Source: Phormidesmis sp.
GTDB lineage: Bacteria > Cyanobacteriota > Cyanobacteriia > Leptolyngbyales > Leptolyngbyaceae
Reading direction: 5' to 3'
NCBI GenBank assembly: GCA_965248535.1
Contig: CBDFJR010000005.1
Location: forward strand, 1,760,001-1,824,000
DNA length: 64,000 nucleotides
Part shown: piece after piece, positions 63,141-64,000 of the stretch
Layout of the letters: every line of letters starts with the position of its first letter
Position numbering within the stretch: position 1 is the stretch's first letter
The notes under the pieces: model-generated
Seen by the model: the letters and a program-made list of their open reading frames with translations, nothing else
The model's database searches: none
Told to the model about the DNA's origin: nothing
Made by a program: the position numbers and the translations under genes

Positions 63141-63334
63141 CTGGTAGTTCACCCATTCAACTTTGATTAGTACCGAGCTTTGGCGATAAGGCGATGATCT
63201 TGGGCTTCCGACCCTTGGGGGCACGCCCCCAAACCCCCATTGGGGGACGGTTGCCTCCCCCAAACCCCCTGCAAACGAAATCTTGGCTAAGTGGTTCGAT
63301 ATGACTCCTCGGAGTTAGTTTGGCGGACTACTAG
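63141..63334. mobile_element. 194-bp MITE-like element, copy 2
   Basis: CTGGTAGTTCACC...GGCGGACTACTAG; same length as and collinear with 32036-32229. Confidence 0.8.
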
Positions 63335-63454
63335 CTCGAATGTGGACGTTGCTAAATCATGGGGTGAATTGTCTCCTAAATCTGCCCATGCTGAGGCTCA
63401 AAGTTCCCCAGAATGGCGAATTTAGGGGCGAGAGGATAGACAACCTTCACAGAT

Positions 63455-64000
63455 TCATCCCTCCTCAGCCTCAGCGCTCTCGGCTTGTTGTCGAGATTTG
63501 CTTCCTGCCAGGGCGATCGCCATCGCATCCACCACCCGCGACACCGGAATTACCTCCATTCCGGGCACGTCGGAATAGGAACCCTTGGGCACGATCGCCC
63601 GTTTGAATCCTAGTTTTGCCGCTTCTTTGAGCCGCAACTCCATTTGAGACACCGATCGTACCTGTCCGCCGAGACCTACTTCGCCGATCACGACAGTTTG
63701 CGGATCGATGGAGCGATCGCGGAAACTCGCCGCCACGGCCACTGCAATGCCCAAATCTGCCGCAGGCTCTCCCACGCTGAGACCGCCCGAAGACGCGACG
63801 TAAGCATCCAACTTCGACAGCGGAATGCCGACGCGCTTTTCGAGCACCGCCAAAATTTGCAGCAGTCGGTTGTATTCAATCCCGGTGGTTGATCGGCGTG
63901 GAGAACTGTAGCTCGTGGCGCTGACCAGCGCTTGCAGTTCTACGACGATCGGGCGAGTTCCTTCACAGGCGACGATCGTGGCCGTCCCGGTGGTGGCTTC
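63455..64000 (-). CDS. radA: DNA repair protein RadA/Sms (3' part; starts beyond the window)
   Basis: CEGTRPIVVELQAL, AVLEKR, EPAADLGIA, GEVGLGGQVR and RLKEAAKLGF. Confidence 0.95.
   Translation of the reverse strand, partial: EATTGTATIVACEGTRPIVVELQALVSATSYSSPRRSTTGIEYNRLLQILAVLEKRVGIPLSKLDAYVASSGGLSVGEPAADLGIAVAVAASFRDRSIDPQTVVIGEVGLGGQVRSVSQMELRLKEAAKLGFKRAIVPKGSYSDVPGMEVIPVSRVVDAMAIALAGSKSRQQAESAEAEEG

Noticed and set aside
63048..63263. 71-aa ORF upstream of the rfaE-like gene
   Set aside because: It starts inside the 194-bp MITE and has no coding features.

Overview
This is chromosomal DNA of a beta-cyanobacterium, shown by the photosynthesis genes and very frequent HIP1 octamers (GCGATCGC). 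Most of the window is core genome. Energy and photosynthesis genes: atpD-atpC, ndhCKJ, rubA-ycf48-psbEFLJ, psaI, psaL, petN, ycf3, psbU and a satellite ccmK-like gene. Housekeeping genes: ctp (partial), pilT2, hisS, pedR, uvrA, smpB, amt, ruvC, pheS, surE, hom, gatC, rnz, nadB, uppP, glsA, an rfaE/hldE-like kinase and radA (partial). The less ordinary content falls into six groups. (1) A co-oriented signalling block at 13.8-22.5 kb: Zn-finger/kinase-like/PP2C, CHAT-FHA protease, a hypothetical protein, and a signal peptide-HEAT-TM-NACHT-HEAT protein, followed by a 21-bp tandem array. (2) A ~60-nt transcription unit upstream of smpB with promoter, anti-Shine-Dalgarno segment and terminator (candidate sRNA). 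(3) Two copies of a 194-bp MITE, and a MITE nested in a palindrome at 54.8-55.1 kb. (4) Small unannotated membrane-protein ORFs. (5) A DUF4160/DUF2442 toxin-antitoxin pair and an orphan antitoxin-like gene. (6) Two frameshifted genes whose indel pattern looks more like sequencing error than real decay. I saw no rRNA, tRNA or CRISPR array. All family assignments come from motif recognition by eye, without database searches.
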